A stretch of DNA of 64,000 nucleotides from Cyanophora paradoxa CCMP329 (GCA_004431415.1 QPMI01000062.1:434001-498000), one strand, 5' to 3'; shown: positions 48,401-63,400, counted from the first letter of the stretch. Numbers and translations: made by a program. The notes: generated by a model not told the origin, from the letters alone.

Positions 48401-51400
48401 TTTCGAAACGTGATATACATTGTGCAAGACCGGCGAGCCTGATGGGCACGGGACACAGGTGGCCTTAATTCCGTCCGGAACGTGGCCGGCCGAGCACATG
48501 GTATACTCCGACGACCCCTGCATGGCGGCGGCGCGCTTCGGGACGGGCGTGCAGAAGGTCATGCTTGCATTCCGCCACGTCCCGACGGGGCACGGCTCGC
48601 AGCTTTGCGCGTCCGCTGACGCGAACGAGCCCGGGCTGCAAGGACTGCATGCAAACGAGCCGGGTTCCGATGCGATGTGGTTGATGGGGCACGGCATGCA
48701 TCCGTCGCCGACCTGCCGCAACCCTGCACGAGGCGAATTGCATGAGACCTCGATTTCTCGTGCACGACAATCAAGAATATGCAACACGCGCACCGGCCGG
48801 GCAAGCAAGGCAGGAGGCTTTGGTCCCGTCAGGAACGAATCCAGGCTCGCAGATCGTGTAGTTCGAAGAGCCCGAGAGCGCCACCGCTCGCGCAGGCACA
48901 CCGGTGCAGACGGGCATGGAGCCGTGCCGATACGTGCCTGGATTGCATGCGACGTTGGAAACCGAACGACGTGCAAGCGCAGCCGAAGCAATACGCTCAC
49001 CGGCAGGGCACTTGAAGCAAAGTCGCTGATCTGCAGACGCGTATTCGCCATCCATGCAAGCCGTGCAGTTGGTTGAGCCGTCGAATGTTGCAATCTCGTT
49101 CTGTCCGCATGGAACACACTCGCCCGCCCCCTTACTCTCCGCGGTGCCCCCGCGACATGGCACACACGCCTGCTTCGACGTCAGCCAAACGCGCAGCGAG
49201 AATGCACCCAAGGAACGCCTCTCACCAGCCGATCCGGTGGCGACACGAAGCCAGCATCGCATTTTTTGCAACCGGTGCCGTCCGGCGACGCGTGATCTGA
49301 CGATTAATTGACGCTGTTCAGCGACACGGCGCGGGATAAATGACAGAAGCGTGCAGCGCACCATTTTCACAAATGAGGCAGATGCTTGCATTCGCGGGTT
49401 TTCCGTAGCCGGGTCTGAAAAGAGCGACTTCTCGGTACATGGGCGGACGGCTTTGAAAGGGCCCTCCTTACCTGCACCACATGCATTCGTCTTGCTTCTC
49501 GTTCGGGACTTGGCCCTGTGTACGGGCATCAGCTCCAGAACAGCGATACAAGCGCTTGCTGGTCAGGTGGGCGGTAATTGCAAGGCGTTGGCGTACCGCT
49601 GGACACTCTGTGCATTGCCCGAACTGCTTGCTTCCAGAGTACAGTGCAGTGGGGCATCGCTCGCAACCGCTACTCCGGTCGGGCTGGTAGTATCCTGGCT
49701 CGCTGCGGTGGATCGATGCGTGAATGAACGGCCGCGAGCTCAAGAGGTGTGTACGATGAGATCGCACCACGAAGTGCAGAACTGGCGCGTCTCGTCCGCA
49801 ACCGTTCCGGGCTCGCTGTGCACGAGAAGCACGTGAGATGAAGCCGAAACACGCTGCAGCGTGGCATTCGCATGTGTGGGCGAACCATTCGATGCAGCTC
49901 GTCATCGTCAGATTCGGCGCAATTGAATTGCCTGGGGCGAGCGTTATCGCGCGAATTCACACCAACCGCATGGAAGAGAGACAAAAGCACGCGCCAACGC
50001 AGTCGCGACACCGCCAGTCCCTCTCGTACGTGCCCCGAGGGCACGGGAGGCATGTCGCCAGGTCGTCACTTGGGACCGTACCTCTCGCGCAGACGGTGTA
50101 GTTTCTGGATGCTGCTGGCGCCGCTGCCCCTACCGGCACGCGCTGGCACGACAGCAGCGGCGCGTGCCTGTAGGTGCCAGCCAAGCACGCTGCGCGACGC
50201 GTCTCGTCAGCTTGCTGTCAACACTCACGGTTGCGCCGCGCATGTGGCGCACGCGTGCAGCTCTGCCTGTCTGCCGCGGCCTCGTAGCCCTCCGGGCAAG
50301 TCTCGCACTGGTCCTTTCCAGGGTCGGACGTGATCGTGTTCGGCGGGCACTGCAGGCACTGGTCCTCCAGCTGGTAGCTCCCCGCCCGGCATTCCACACA
50401 ATCCGACCGGATCGCCGACGGTACGGTTCCGTTGCTGCACACCTCGTAGACGGCGGAGCCCTGCTTGGCTGCAGCGCGGGCCGGCACGGGGGTGCACTGC
50501 GACATGCTCGCGGAGCGGTAGGTGCCGAAGGGGCACGGCTCGCAGGACTGCTGGTCGGCCGAGGCCACATAGCCCGGGTCGCATGGCGTGCATTGCGCTG
50601 CGCCCAAGCTGCTCACGATGGAGTTCATCGGACACTGGAGGCAGCTGTCGTCGAGTTGGAACAGGCCTGCAGCACGCGAAGTGAGAACCGCGCCGGCAAA
50701 CAAAGCGCGAACCGTTAAGCTATTCGCGATCGCTCACCTGCCGGGCACGGAACACAGGTGGCCTTAATTCCGTCCGGAACGTGGCCGGCCGAGCACATGG
50801 TATACTCCGACGACCCCTGCATGGCGGCGGCGCGCTTCGGGACGGGCGTGCAGAAGGTCATGCTTGCATTCCGCCACGTCCCGACGGGGCACGGCTCGCA
50901 GCTTTGCGCGTCCGCTGACGCGAACGAGCCCGGGCTGCAAGGACTGCATGCAAACGAGCCGGGTTCCGATGCGATGTGGTTGATGGGGCACGGCATGCAT
51001 CCGTCGCCGACCTGCCGCAACCCTGCACGAGGCGAATTGCATGAGACCTCGATTTCTCGTGCACGACAATCAAGAATATGCAACACGCGCACCGGCCGGG
51101 CAAGCAAGGCAGGAGGCTTTGGTCCCGTCAGGAACGAATCCAGGCTCGCAGATCGTGTAGTTCGAAGAGCCCGAGAGCGCCACCGCTCGCGCAGGCACAC
51201 CGGTGCAGACGGGCATGGAGCCGTGCCGATACGTGCCTGGATTGCATGCGACGTTGGAAACCGAACGACGTGCAAGCGCAGCCGAAGCAATACGCTCACC
51301 GGCAGGGCACTTGAAGCAAAGTCGCTGATCTGCAGACGCGTATTCGCCATCCATGCAAGCCGTGCAGTTGGTTGAGCCGTCGAATGTTGCAATCTCGTTC

Positions 51401-54400
51401 TGTCCGCATGGAACACACTCGCCCGCCCCCTTACTCTCCGCGGTGCCCCCGCGACATGGCACACACGCCTGCTTCGACGTCAGCCAAACGCGCAGCGAGA
51501 ATGCACCCAAGGAACGCCTCTCACCAGCCGATCCGGTGGCGACACGAAGCCAGCATCGCATTTTTTGCAACCGGTGCCGTCCGGCGACGCGTGATCTGAC
51601 GATTAATTGACGCTGTTCAGCGACACGGCGCGGGATAAATGACAGAAGCGTGCAGCGCACCATTTTCGCAAATGAGGCAGATGCTTGCATTCGCGGGTTT
51701 TCCGTAGCCGGGTCTGAAAAGAGCGACTTCTCGGTACATGGGCGGACGGCTTTGAAAGGGCCCTCCTTACCTGCACCACATGCATTCGTCTTGCTTCTCG
51801 TTCGGGACTTGGCCCTGTGTACGGGCATCAGCTCCAGAACAGCGATACAAGCGCTTGCTGGTCAGGTGGGCGGCAATTGCAAGGCGTTGGCGTACCGCTG
51901 GACACTCTGTGCATTGCCCGAACTGCTTGCTTCCAGAGTACAGTGCAGTGGGGCATCGCTCGCAACCGCTACTCCGGTCGGGCTGGTAGTATCCTGGCTC
52001 GCTGCGGTGGATCGATGCGTGAATGAACGGCCGCGAGCTCAAGAGGTGTGTACGATGAGATCGCACCATGAAGTGCAGAACTGGCGCGTCTCGTCCGCAA
52101 CCGTTCCGGGCTCGCTGTGCACGAGAAGCACGTGAGATGAAGCCGAAACACGCTGCAGCGTGGCATTCGCATGTGTGGGCGAACCATTCGATGCAGCTTG
52201 TCATCGTCAGATTCGGCGCAATTGAATTGCCTGGGGCGAGCGTTATCGCGCGAATTCACACCAACCGCATGGAAGAGAGACAAAAGCACGCGCCAACGCA
52301 GTCGCGACACCGCCAGTCCCTCTCGTACGTGCCCCGAGGGCACGGGAGGCATGTCGCCAGGTCGTCACTTGGGACCGTGCCTCTCGCGCAGACGGTGTAG
52401 TTTCTGGATGCTGCTGGCGCCGCTGCCCCTACCGGCACGCGCTGGCACGACAGCAGCGGCGCGTGCCTGTAGGTGCCAGCCAAGCACGCTGCGCGACGCG
52501 TCTCGTCAGCTTGCTGTCAACACTCACGGTTGCGCCGCGCATGTGGCGCACGCGTGCAGCTCTGCCTGTCTGCCGCGGCCTCGTAGCCCTCCGGGCAAGT
52601 CTCGCACTGGTCCTTTCCAGGGTCGGACGTGATCGTGTTCGGCGGGCACTGCAGGCACTGGTCCTCCAGCTGGTAGCTCCCCGCCCGGCATTCCACACAA
52701 TCCGACCGGATCGCCGACGGTACGGTTCCGTTGCTGCACACCTCGTAGACGGCGGAGCCCTGCTTGGCTGCCGCGCGGGCCGGCACGGGGGTGCACTGCG
52801 ACATGCTCGCGGAGCGGTAGGTGCCGAAGGGGCACGGCTCGCAGGACTGCTGGTCGGCCGAGGCTACATAGCCCGGGTCGCATGGCGTGCACTCGACCGC
52901 ACCAGGCGAGGAAGCTATCGCATTTATCGGGCATGGGAAGCACTCGTCGCCATCTTGATAGGATCCTGCAAACGAACAGTAAAATTAGAAATATGATGCA
53001 AGCGAGGAAGCACTTCTCGCTGACCGCCTCGGCATGGCGAGCATGTTGCTTTTGTGCCGTCAGGGACGGAGCCGGCAGGACAAGCCGTGTAGTTGGAAGA
53101 GCCAACGAGTGCAACGGCCTGGAAAGGCACGGACTCGCAGTTCGCCATCGCCCCGTGTCGGTAGGTGCCTTTTGAAAGAAGGCACAAAACATCAAGTCTC
53201 GAACGGAAAACAAGCTCTGAATTATAGTGGAGCTCACCAGCTGGGCAGTCGAAACACAGTCGCTGGTCTGCTGATGCGTACGTTCCGTCCGGACAGGCCG
53301 TGCAGTTCGCGGATCCTTCAAAAGGAGCGACCTCGTTCTGTGCGCAAGGAAGACACTCTCCGGGGCGACCATACTCCGCCGTTCCGGCCCGGCACGGTAA
53401 ACAGGCCTGCGAAAATAATTTAGCGGGTAAATAAAGAGCTTGCGGTCCGCAACGAGAGGGAAATACCTTCCTATCAGGTTGCGAGACGTAGCCGGGCCCG
53501 CACTTTTCACAGCCCATTCCGTCGGGAGATGCATAATCTGTTCGAAAGCCGCGAAGTCAAGAGGGGAGAGCTTCGCATGTAACCAGCCGCAAACGCTGAT
53601 GAGTAATGACCTTCATCACACAGCAAACAAACGATCTCGTTCGGTGGAACCCCGAAGCCGGGCCTGCACCAGGTGCATCCGTCCCTCTTTTCCGTCGTGA
53701 CTTTCCCCTGCCTAGGCGTGAGGTGGGGCACGTGGGGCTAACCAGAGCAGCTATCCACGAATACCGGCGGGCAAGTTTCGCAGGGACCAAAGCGCCCTGC
53801 TTGGGACCAGGTGCCGGCGGGGCACTCCTCGCATGGCGAGAGCGCCTCGGGCTGGTGCGTTCCAGCGGGGCTGCACGATTGCTCGTGGAAATGGAGAGTA
53901 TAGGAATAAGGCTTCTTGGAAGGACTCACCACGCCTCGCAGTTGCTGAGGTCGGTTGTCGGGTACGACCCGTCCGGACCTGGTATGCACTCATAATCGGA
54001 CAAAGACAGCGAATGCAGACATAAGAGAGGCCCAGCTATCCAGGAGACGCACAGCTCGAGCATGAACCAAGCGCGCCGCCCAAGCTGTACATATTTGACG
54101 GACATGGCACGCACGCCAGAGGCGTCTTCTCAAGATACGTTCCCGGGAAGCTGCACAACAGACGCCAGTCATGATCGGGCTTGCGGACGGAACAAGTAGG
54201 CACAAATAAGCGCACCATGGCACACATTGGAATGTCCATTTGGCCTGGGAGCTAGCTCGTCAGCGGAAAGCCCAATGAAACGAATCAAGAAACGCCGCAA
54301 CGCACGGAGGGGGTGAAGAGGTTGTCCTCGCACGGGAGGCAGGGGTCGCCGGCGTTCATCGAGAACGTGTGCTGCGGGCAGTCTGCCGAGCGCGGATCAG

Positions 54401-57400
54401 CGCTGCGCTACGGCTGCGATCGTGAGCCCAGAGGCGCAGAGCCGCACCGTAGCAAGCCGAAGCCCCGATGTCCGAGTAGGTTCCGGCCTCGCAGATGGCG
54501 CACTCCGTGGCGCCCGCTCCGCTGTACGTCCCGCTCGGGCAGCTGCCACAGCAAGTCCGATCAGACGACTCGGCCTACGTGCATGGTCGAGCACAGGCGC
54601 CAGCGCGCACAATTGAGCGTCTTCGTCGAGGAGAAGGCCTTCCCGCGACGAGTAGCGCCCTGGCAGAGAACGGTGCGTGAGATGCACAACTATCAAGGCT
54701 TCTGGAAAATCGGCACCAGCAGGCAAGTCGACACAGAGATCAGCGATCGCGACAGAGCGGTTGAATACGGCGGCCTGGTGAAGAAATAGGTTATTTGTGA
54801 CGTGAGATGGCAGAGGTGCTCGGGACTTCAAACTTTCCCGCATACGTACCTCCCAATTCCATCGAGTGCCGGGCGGGCAGTGCGAGTGCAGCTTGATCAC
54901 GTACGCCGGATCGGAAACCACAAATATCGCCTGTAGAAGTGTTTTCCAATCCGCCCGAAAACCCGGGAATCGAAATCCACTCTTACCCAAGGGAGCTCAG
55001 AAAACGGGATGCTCGGGTCGCTCTCAAACATCCGGCCGCTCGAGTAGTCGTCGACAACGGTCGCGTACAGCACGTTCGCCTGGCCGACGCTGACGTCAGC
55101 CACGAGCTAGAGCCACAGCGGACACAAAGGCTGCAGACCGGGAAGTTCGGCACAAGCACGGTGACTCTTACGCTGACGTCGCTGAATGCAGCGCTGTCGT
55201 CCACGTTTTCAAGGCGGATCAGCCGCGAGCCGGGAGCGCGCTCTGCAGCTCGCTTCATCCGGCGGCTGTGCACGTATCGCGGGCGCGTCTCGCGGTCCGA
55301 AGCAAACGTGAAGACGCGGGTGTTTGCTTGCGTGTGTACCTCCTGCACCACGCTGCGGCGAAAGGTTTCACGCTGCTGCGTCATAAGCGGGCACAGGGGA
55401 AAAGACGCACTACAGGTTTCCGTCTTTGTAGACGGCCGCCGCGACCTTGAACGTTTCACGCGACATGTCAGCTTGCATTATGTGAATTCAACAGCCAAAC
55501 GATCTGTTAACGTTTACCGAGGTCCATTCCTGCCTTGTGCCGCGCCAGTCCGCAGTCTTGTAAATCTGAACGCTGCCTTCGATGCTCGCAGCTGGGCTGG
55601 CCATGCCACTTTGGAAGGCGTTCGCCTTGAGAACGCGGATGACGCGGTCGCCGGTGACCCAGAAGCTGTACTTCGAGTTGGGCGGGTCGACCCAGCGGCC
55701 CTCGAGATACCCGTGGCCGAATCCCGCGTGGAGCGGGCGCTCGTTTTGAACCTGCACACCACGTCATCGATTTAAAGATGCAACTAGGGGGTAAATTGAA
55801 ATTGAGCACAATCCAGTGATCTGCAAATGAAAGCTGCTCGGAGCGAAGCACCCGGGGCGCCGTGTGGGTGAAGATAGCCGTGCGGTACGTGGGCGGAGCG
55901 GGGAACAACGGATCGAAGCTCCGCACGCCGACGGGCGCATCGACAAAGCGCGAGGGGTCCACTTCCCACGTGAACATGGCGATCACGTGTGTAACGGCGC
56001 GCGCCCCGCAGATGCCCGACACGAGCGGAGCGGGGCAGGCGCCGGCGACCGTCGCGTTGGGGAAGAATGGGATCCTGCGGCCATATGACTTCGTGGCGCG
56101 AAAAACGGACGAGTGAAGTATTGCTACCGCGGCGCACCGAACGATGGCGTGGTAAAGGATCGGCCCGCCGTCGGCGACTCGCCCATCGGTGTGCATGGCC
56201 TGCACGGAGGCGCCCACAGGGAACGAGTCGGCGAAGAAGGCGCCGTTCTCGTACGGCCACCTGGTGCACGTGCGTGCAGCTCAGCGCGCGGCGAGAGGGA
56301 AAACGGCCGACCACAAGGACGCACGGGACGCTCTTGTACACCGACTCCGCGGAGGCAGTGAAGCCTTCCGGGGCGATCGACGACAGGTCGAACCTGAGCA
56401 GAGCGACGCCCACCGGCAGCGAGCATATTTTGAGGAGCGGCACGACGGTGGGCTCGCCACTGCTCCGAAGCACGGCGAAGGAAGAGAAAAAAGCTACTCC
56501 GCGCTGCCAGAACTGGAAGAACTGGAGAGACAGTGAGTTAGAATTCTGGATGCATGCAACCAAGGTAGCTGGACGATAGAATGACACCTCAAACTCACCC
56601 GCAGCTCTTGCAAGAGGAGGGCGTCGAAGGACGCCAAATCGGGATACGCCCGCCTGACGTCGCTCGCCGTCTCGTTGCCCTCGAATGTACGGCCGGATGG
56701 CTCGGCATCGTAGAAGTCGAGGCAATTCGTGGCGCCTGCTCCCCAGTTAGCTTCGCGATCGTCGCGACAGAGGCACGCAGGACGGGAACGTGGACTCGCC
56801 GTAGAAGAAGTGGCTGCCGAAGGCCACTGAAGTCGACGTCTCAGCGCCTGGCGTGGCCCATGCGAAGCCGAAGAGCTCGGGTTGAAGGCGGAAGTGGCGA
56901 GAGCGGTGCTTCTTGATGTTTGCATTGCTCCCCGTCGGCTGTGACAAAGATTAGACAAACTTCGAATAAATTGCTCTTGGCATTCATTCAATCTCACCGA
57001 GATTGAGAAAAGATTCAGCGTACCCAGCATGCCAGCCCAATTGTACCTGCGCCGATCCGGGATAAACCAAAGCAGGAAATCGAACTGTTTCACGATCACG
57101 CACTCTTCAGTGGGGCTCGCGGAAGAGAGGCCGGAAACCTGTGACGAGTCAATTGTTACGCACGGCTTCCTCCATACGCATATCGAATGAACGCACAGCT
57201 TCATAGAATGTCCGCTCATAGGCGGCGTAGAAATGGCGGAAGTCATGAGCCCATGCCGCAGCTGAGCCCATGAAGTCGTAGGGTCCGGCGCCCGCACAGA
57301 GGCCGGCCGGCCAGCTTCGAATCGGCCCGTACGGAGCTGGCGTGCAGCTGCTGAACGCGTAGGCCGCCCATCGTTGCGCAGCGTGCGAGTAGCAGCCGAA

Positions 57401-60400
57401 ACCGACGCAGTCCGAAGGCGGGCGCAAGACGGCCGAGACGGTAGAGCCTACGAGATCGCTTGCGTTCGAGTACGCGTGCGGAGTCCAAGGCCAGTTGCTC
57501 TGCTAACGGATGAGCCGTTTGCGCATTTGAATCTTTTCACAGCGTGATCCGTACCTGGAACGCCGTGAGGTTGCTGGGGACAAAACGGGCGTCGCAGTCC
57601 TTGGCCGGCCACTGTGACGTAGAAGATTACGCGTCATTTAGTTGCAGCAGCTCGCTAATATTCATAGTTACCGGGGTCATGGATGAATAAGCGAAATCGG
57701 TGGGCTCGGCGTCGCCGAGCAGCTGGGGTGGGCGGACCAGAATCAGAGCAGCTTCAAATGCATACTCATCGACATTTATGCGGGGACTTGCACACATCAT
57801 CAAGCTTCTGAACGAAGGAGCAGCGGTTGCTGTCGAGATCGAAGTCGCAGAATGAGAATTCCGATGTGGTCCGCGTGATGAAACCGAGGCGGTGCGAGGC
57901 GGCGCGCTGCCCCACGAGGTAGTTTGCGAGCGGAGCGGCGAATACGATCTGAACGCTCTCCTGCGACTCCACCGGGTTGCCTGCGAAAATGCGCTTGCAA
58001 AAGAAATTTGCGTCCATAGTTTTCATCATCTACGCACCGACTCGGGAAAAGGCGTTGCTTGCACCAGTATCCCCCGACGGCATGAGCGCATTTTGCGCCG
58101 CAATCGAGTTTCCCTGTGTACAGTCAGCGGCTGACATTGCGAAAGCTCAATCGGCTCGAGAATAGTGTACCGCGGGGACGGTGACTGTAACGGCGGCAGA
58201 CGACGGGGACGCCTCGCCAGCGCGACCCAGTGCTTTCACGGAGCAGGAAACGACGTACGATCCACCGTACGAGAGCTCCACCGAGACGGACACAGCCGCG
58301 CCTGCAGCGTCTGCATCTGACACGGAAGCGGACCCCGCGTAGCCGCCTGGCGGAGCACTCGGCGCCATGCAAGCCGCGTCAAGAGTCTCAATCTCGATGC
58401 CTGCAGTGAAGTTCGCCGTGAGAACCACCGTCATTGGACCCGTGGACATCGCCGACACGATGAGGGGTGCAGGGGGGCCGGTCAAGTTGGCTGGCGGAGC
58501 TGCTGGTTCCGGACAGGGCACGGTGACATTCACATCTCCGACGAGGACGGCCGCAGGGATCTCGCCAGACGAGGAGGGGACCGTCCGATTCACCTGCGCC
58601 GAGGAACCGGCGAGCCTTAGCGCCGCGCACGCGCATCTTCGCGCATTCGCGATCGAACCGAGCAGTCCGGATCCGAGAACATGTATTCGACGACGAGGGG
58701 CGCGGGTCCCGAGAGCTGGGCGCTCGCGCTCGCGTACGCTAGCCGCACTTGGTTTGCAGAGAGCTCCGAGCTGTAAACACGGAAAGCTGAGCGAAGGGAT
58801 CAGTTACGAAACACGAGCCGATTGTGGGATAATTTCACCGCCAATGGTAGCGTCGAGAATGTACGGATCATTCTGCAAAAACACGGAACACCAGTTTGTT
58901 CGCTATCCAGTGCGTCGAAATGACCGACATCGAAAACAAAAGAGTAGCTTTACCTGGTAGAACGACCTCCCGATGGACGCCATGGACCGCAGAATCGACG
59001 CCAGGGGCGTGACGGATCCCGTGGCAATCAGCAAACCGTTCTTGTAAGCCCGAGCAGGAGACCGCCCCGTCCCGTCCGGGGCGCCGTACGTGACGACGAG
59101 GTGAGTCCAGCGCTGGAGCTGCATGCATGCGAGACGCGACGTTAATGGCGCGCTTCCACGCAGAAAGCAACGCGACGATGAGCATTGCACGAGAAAGATG
59201 CTCGGACCGGCACGAAAGACGTGTTGTGGGCGGCGCCGAAGCTCCCTTGGAATCCGTTCTTGTTCTTGGTGTTGTGGATCATCAGATATCCGTCCTTGCC
59301 TGGGCACGCGCAGCCCGCGAGATCGCACGGGCAGTGGTACCAGTACTGTGAGAACTGAGCACATGCTGCAAACAAAAAGGATGCAGAACCAGCGGACCGT
59401 CGAGTCCTGCGGGTCAGCTCCAGTCATGGGCGTGGGCTGCGTGATGTCGATCCAGCGGCTGGAGTTCCTCGGCATGGAGTTCGGATAGATCCACGACTGT
59501 ACACATGTAAGCCGTCAGATTTTGATGGGACTATAGCTCCAATGAAAAGTGAGGGGCTCACCTCAAAAGAGAGTGGATACACCAGGGTACGACTCGCAAA
59601 GAAGCTGCTCATATCCAAGTACCGCTGAGCCGTGGCCCCTCCCGCTGTGCCGAAGCGAATCCCTGATGGAAAAGGTAAAGCGTTGCGAAGGGGGGAAACA
59701 TCACCGATGATCAGGACTGAAGTTACCTGTGGAAGGAGGGGGGCAAGCCATAGCAATGTCGCCGATCAATTTTCCGGAGCGCCCCCGGCCGCTCGAGTCG
59801 GGCACGTTCTTGCCAGACAGGAGGCTCTCGGACTGCGCCAGGGAGGAGAACTCAGCGGGCAGTACTAGTGTGGCCGAGCACGAGGCGGCTCGACCGGGCT
59901 CACGGTGCTCCCGCAGCTGTCCAGCTTGTAGTAAAGCTCGACGGGCGCGGCCGGCTGCACGCCCTGGAAGGCTTCCGCGACTTGCCCCTCCGTGAGCGCC
60001 GACGAGTGAACACGGAACCCTTGCCGCCGCCAAGTCATTCGATCGGGCAGGAGTGCGATGCGATTTACTTCGTCAAGAGCGCACCAGAGTAGAAAACGTC
60101 CGAAGGGCTCCCCGGAGCGGTCCACCAGCTGCGTCCTATCCGCAGCTGAGACCTGAGGATCTTCGTGACGGCCGGCCCGGCCGCCCCGGACCGCGCGTGG
60201 GCCACGAGGGTGCCGTTGCGGTAGGTGCGGATCTCGGTGGGGGTGAAGACGACGGCGAGGTGGTGGAAGAAGTCGTCCTTCGGCACTGCGCTGGCGTCCC
60301 TGAACGCCACCGTCTCGTAGTAGGACGCCGTCGTGTTGTAGAGGGTTATGACCAGCGCCATCCCCGTCACGCCCGACGTGCTCTGCGCGCAGCGTTCCAC

Positions 60401-63400
60401 GGATTCGGGGCCGAAGAACACGGCAGCAACGCACGTTGCAGGATCCCAAGGAGGACGATCCTCCAGGCGGACACCATGCCATCACCTACGATAGCATAAG
60501 CACGCTTCGTATGTTCTGGAAGGTAAAGCCACGACGAACGATATTATTCGAGGTCGCGCCGCTGCCAAAGTCTGACAGGCGAAACTCGATAAGTTCATGG
60601 TAGAACTCGATAGTCTGCACTCAAACACGAAAATGCACCTATGACGTTGTCCCGGTTCGCGATCGGTGCTTGCCGAGGGAATCGGACCCTGTACTCGATT
60701 CATCAGTTTGCTGTTGGCAAAGGCGGCTGATGAGAGTCGCACCAGAAATCCAAACTAAAAGGAGTGCCGAGCGAGAAACCAGGAGCCTCGATGTATCTAC
60801 CGCTTCCCACATCGCTAGTTCCGTAGTAAACGCCTTGACAGCGGAGGGGAGACGTCAGAGGAGCCGCCGCAGCGCGTGGCGGGCCAGGTGAGCACCAGAG
60901 GAGGGCACAGGACACTGCAGCGACGTAGCCTGCTCGAGGTCTCCGTACATGGTCCCCGGCCTTCCCTTGCCCGAGTAGTCCACCGCCTGGAGACCTCTCG
61001 TGAGCAGGGCCGGGCCTCGCCGGCGCGCGGGGACGTCGCAATCGGGACGCACCGAGCCGCCGCACGTGTCGAACTTGTAGTGCACCTCCAGAGGGGGCCG
61101 GTCCCGAGCCACAAGGCCTTGCATGGCGTCGGCGACCTGAGCCTTCGAGAGCGCCGCGGAGTACACCCGGAAGTCCGCGAGGTCGACTCCGAAGGGGTAG
61201 GGCCCGACCGACCAGCCGGCGCCGATGAAGTGCGTGGTTCGGTTGCGCTTGGGGATCGCGCCCGATCCGGGCGTGAGGCTCGACGCCCTCGCGTTGGGCC
61301 GAAGGACGCCGTCGAGGTACGTGTGGTACGCATCCAGCGTCAGCACAAGCGCGACGTGGTGCCAAGAGCCGTCCGCCGGAATGCTGTCGTTCCCGAGGAA
61401 GAGGGCCATGCGGTGCACCAGCTCGGTCCCGTCGTACGCCGTGAGAAGCAGCGTCTCGTAGCCCGCCCTTCTGTGCGGCTGCGCAGCGTGCACGCTGTGT
61501 AAATTGCATGAACGGAGAGGGCGCGAAGAACTAGATGAGTTGACGATGAGGACCTGGCAGTCTGCGTCGGAGGGGGCGGCACCCGGTGGACCGCAAAAGC
61601 TCAAAATCTTCCGTCAAACAAACAAGGCTCAGACGTCGTGGTCGATAGTCAGAAAGAAACTAGTAACGCACAATATTCTCCGACCCTATTCCGTTGCCGA
61701 AATCGAAGACGCGAGACAGATTCGCTTGCGGATTTGATTGGGCCATATTAATTCGTAACCTGCCCGCCAGAAATGCTCATCAATTCAAATCTACCAATTT
61801 CTCATCCCCCATCTGAAAACCAGAGATCGCACCAGAACGCGAAACTCATCGGCGTGCCCAGCTCGAACGAAGGCGCCACGAGAACGCGCTCAGTCTGGTT
61901 CGCTGTGCTGCCTGGCAAGGCTTTCGAGCCGAAGACCAGGGCTGCAGCTGCGGATCCCGTCGGTGGAAACGCCGCCTCGGTGCAAGAGCGGAAGGCATAT
62001 GGGAGCGATAGCGTGTACGCACATGCAGAAGGCACTTTAGATTGGCACGGCCCCCCGAATTGAGTCGCGTCGCCGACGATGGATCCGCTTCTCTCGTTCC
62101 CTGATTGGTCCACGACCTAATTGCAAAGCCGCTCGTCAGCCTCTATTAATATTGCCCGACCCACCTGAACACTGCGTAGCAGGGCGCACCGTCCGATCGC
62201 AGCCGTGGAAGACGTAGCGGAGCTCGAGGGTCGCGTTGGCCGCTCCCCCGTAGAAGACATCGAGCGCGTGCTGCGCGGACAAACCTCCGCTGTACACCCG
62301 AAAGTCTGCGCGGAGTCAGGGGCCCAGCATGCATATGACGCGAGGCGGGGCAAAACAAAGAGGAGGAACCGGAGATATATCCGTCGGCAAGGCCCGATTC
62401 GCCCTGCTGGCCCCTGCCAATGTAGTGCGCTTCTCGCGCTACTCGCGGGAGGGTCCCGCTGGCGCCCGCGGCCCCAGGGCCCGCGGCCGTCTTAGAGTGA
62501 GGCCGGAAGGTGCCGTTCCTGGATGGAGCATATCAGAGTTAAGCAGCGTGAAGAGGCAAGGATCCGATTACAAGTAAGTGAGCGTCCCTACAGTGTTGAA
62601 TACCAGAATCACGTGAGAGTACGCTCCAATCTGCAGAGCAAGAGACGCTCTGGTCAGAATCGTGCGGTGGTCCGGACCAACATCAAAGTCTCTACCGGGA
62701 TGCCGTTGGTGCCTCCGAACGCCTCGAGGTGGATCAGAGGAGTGCCGCCGCTGTACGCGAGCACGACGAGACTCAAAGTCCCGTTCGTCGCCTGCCAGCG
62801 CAGCTCTCAGAGAAGAACGCAGCAGGCTGCGAGCGCGCGCGACGCGTTCAAGCCCACCGAGCCGGTGATGTTTCGCGGGCTGGCGGCGCTGGCAGTCAAG
62901 TCGGGCACGACAGCCCCCCTCGGGAGGAATCCGACGGCGATGCTGTTCTGGCCGGACCGGCTTCCGAAGTCGAAGACACGCCTGCAACGACTTCGTTTAG
63001 CGCCAGACCGGCAATCAGCAGCAGTGTCGACATCAAACGTGAGCACGCACGCCCATGTGACTTGCGACTTGCGGGGATTGACCCAGAAGGAGACGGAAAA
63101 TGGGGTACCAAGCAGAAACGTCGGGGCGGCGACGTAGCTGTTCCATCCACTACCCCAGAAGAAGAGCGAAGAAGCTGTTGACAATTCAAGAAGTTAGCTT
63201 ATGGATCGAGCGACGATGTCGCGTTCACGAATGTCGAACCGGGCGCTGGACAGCTGAGCGGCAGAGAAGTGTCACCGTAAAGTTTAGCGTGCCTCTTCCA
63301 GCCGCTCGAGTCCAATGCCTGTGGAATATTGGTTGCTTCAGAGTGCGGACACAGCGTTCCTTTTTATACAGCTTGATCGCGCACCACTGGGCCGCAGCCA

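Noticed and set aside
48444-52891. 2.3-kb direct repeats as LTRs or a mobile element
   Set aside because: The repeats consist of host exons and introns in tandem, with no RT, integrase or transposase and no terminal motifs.
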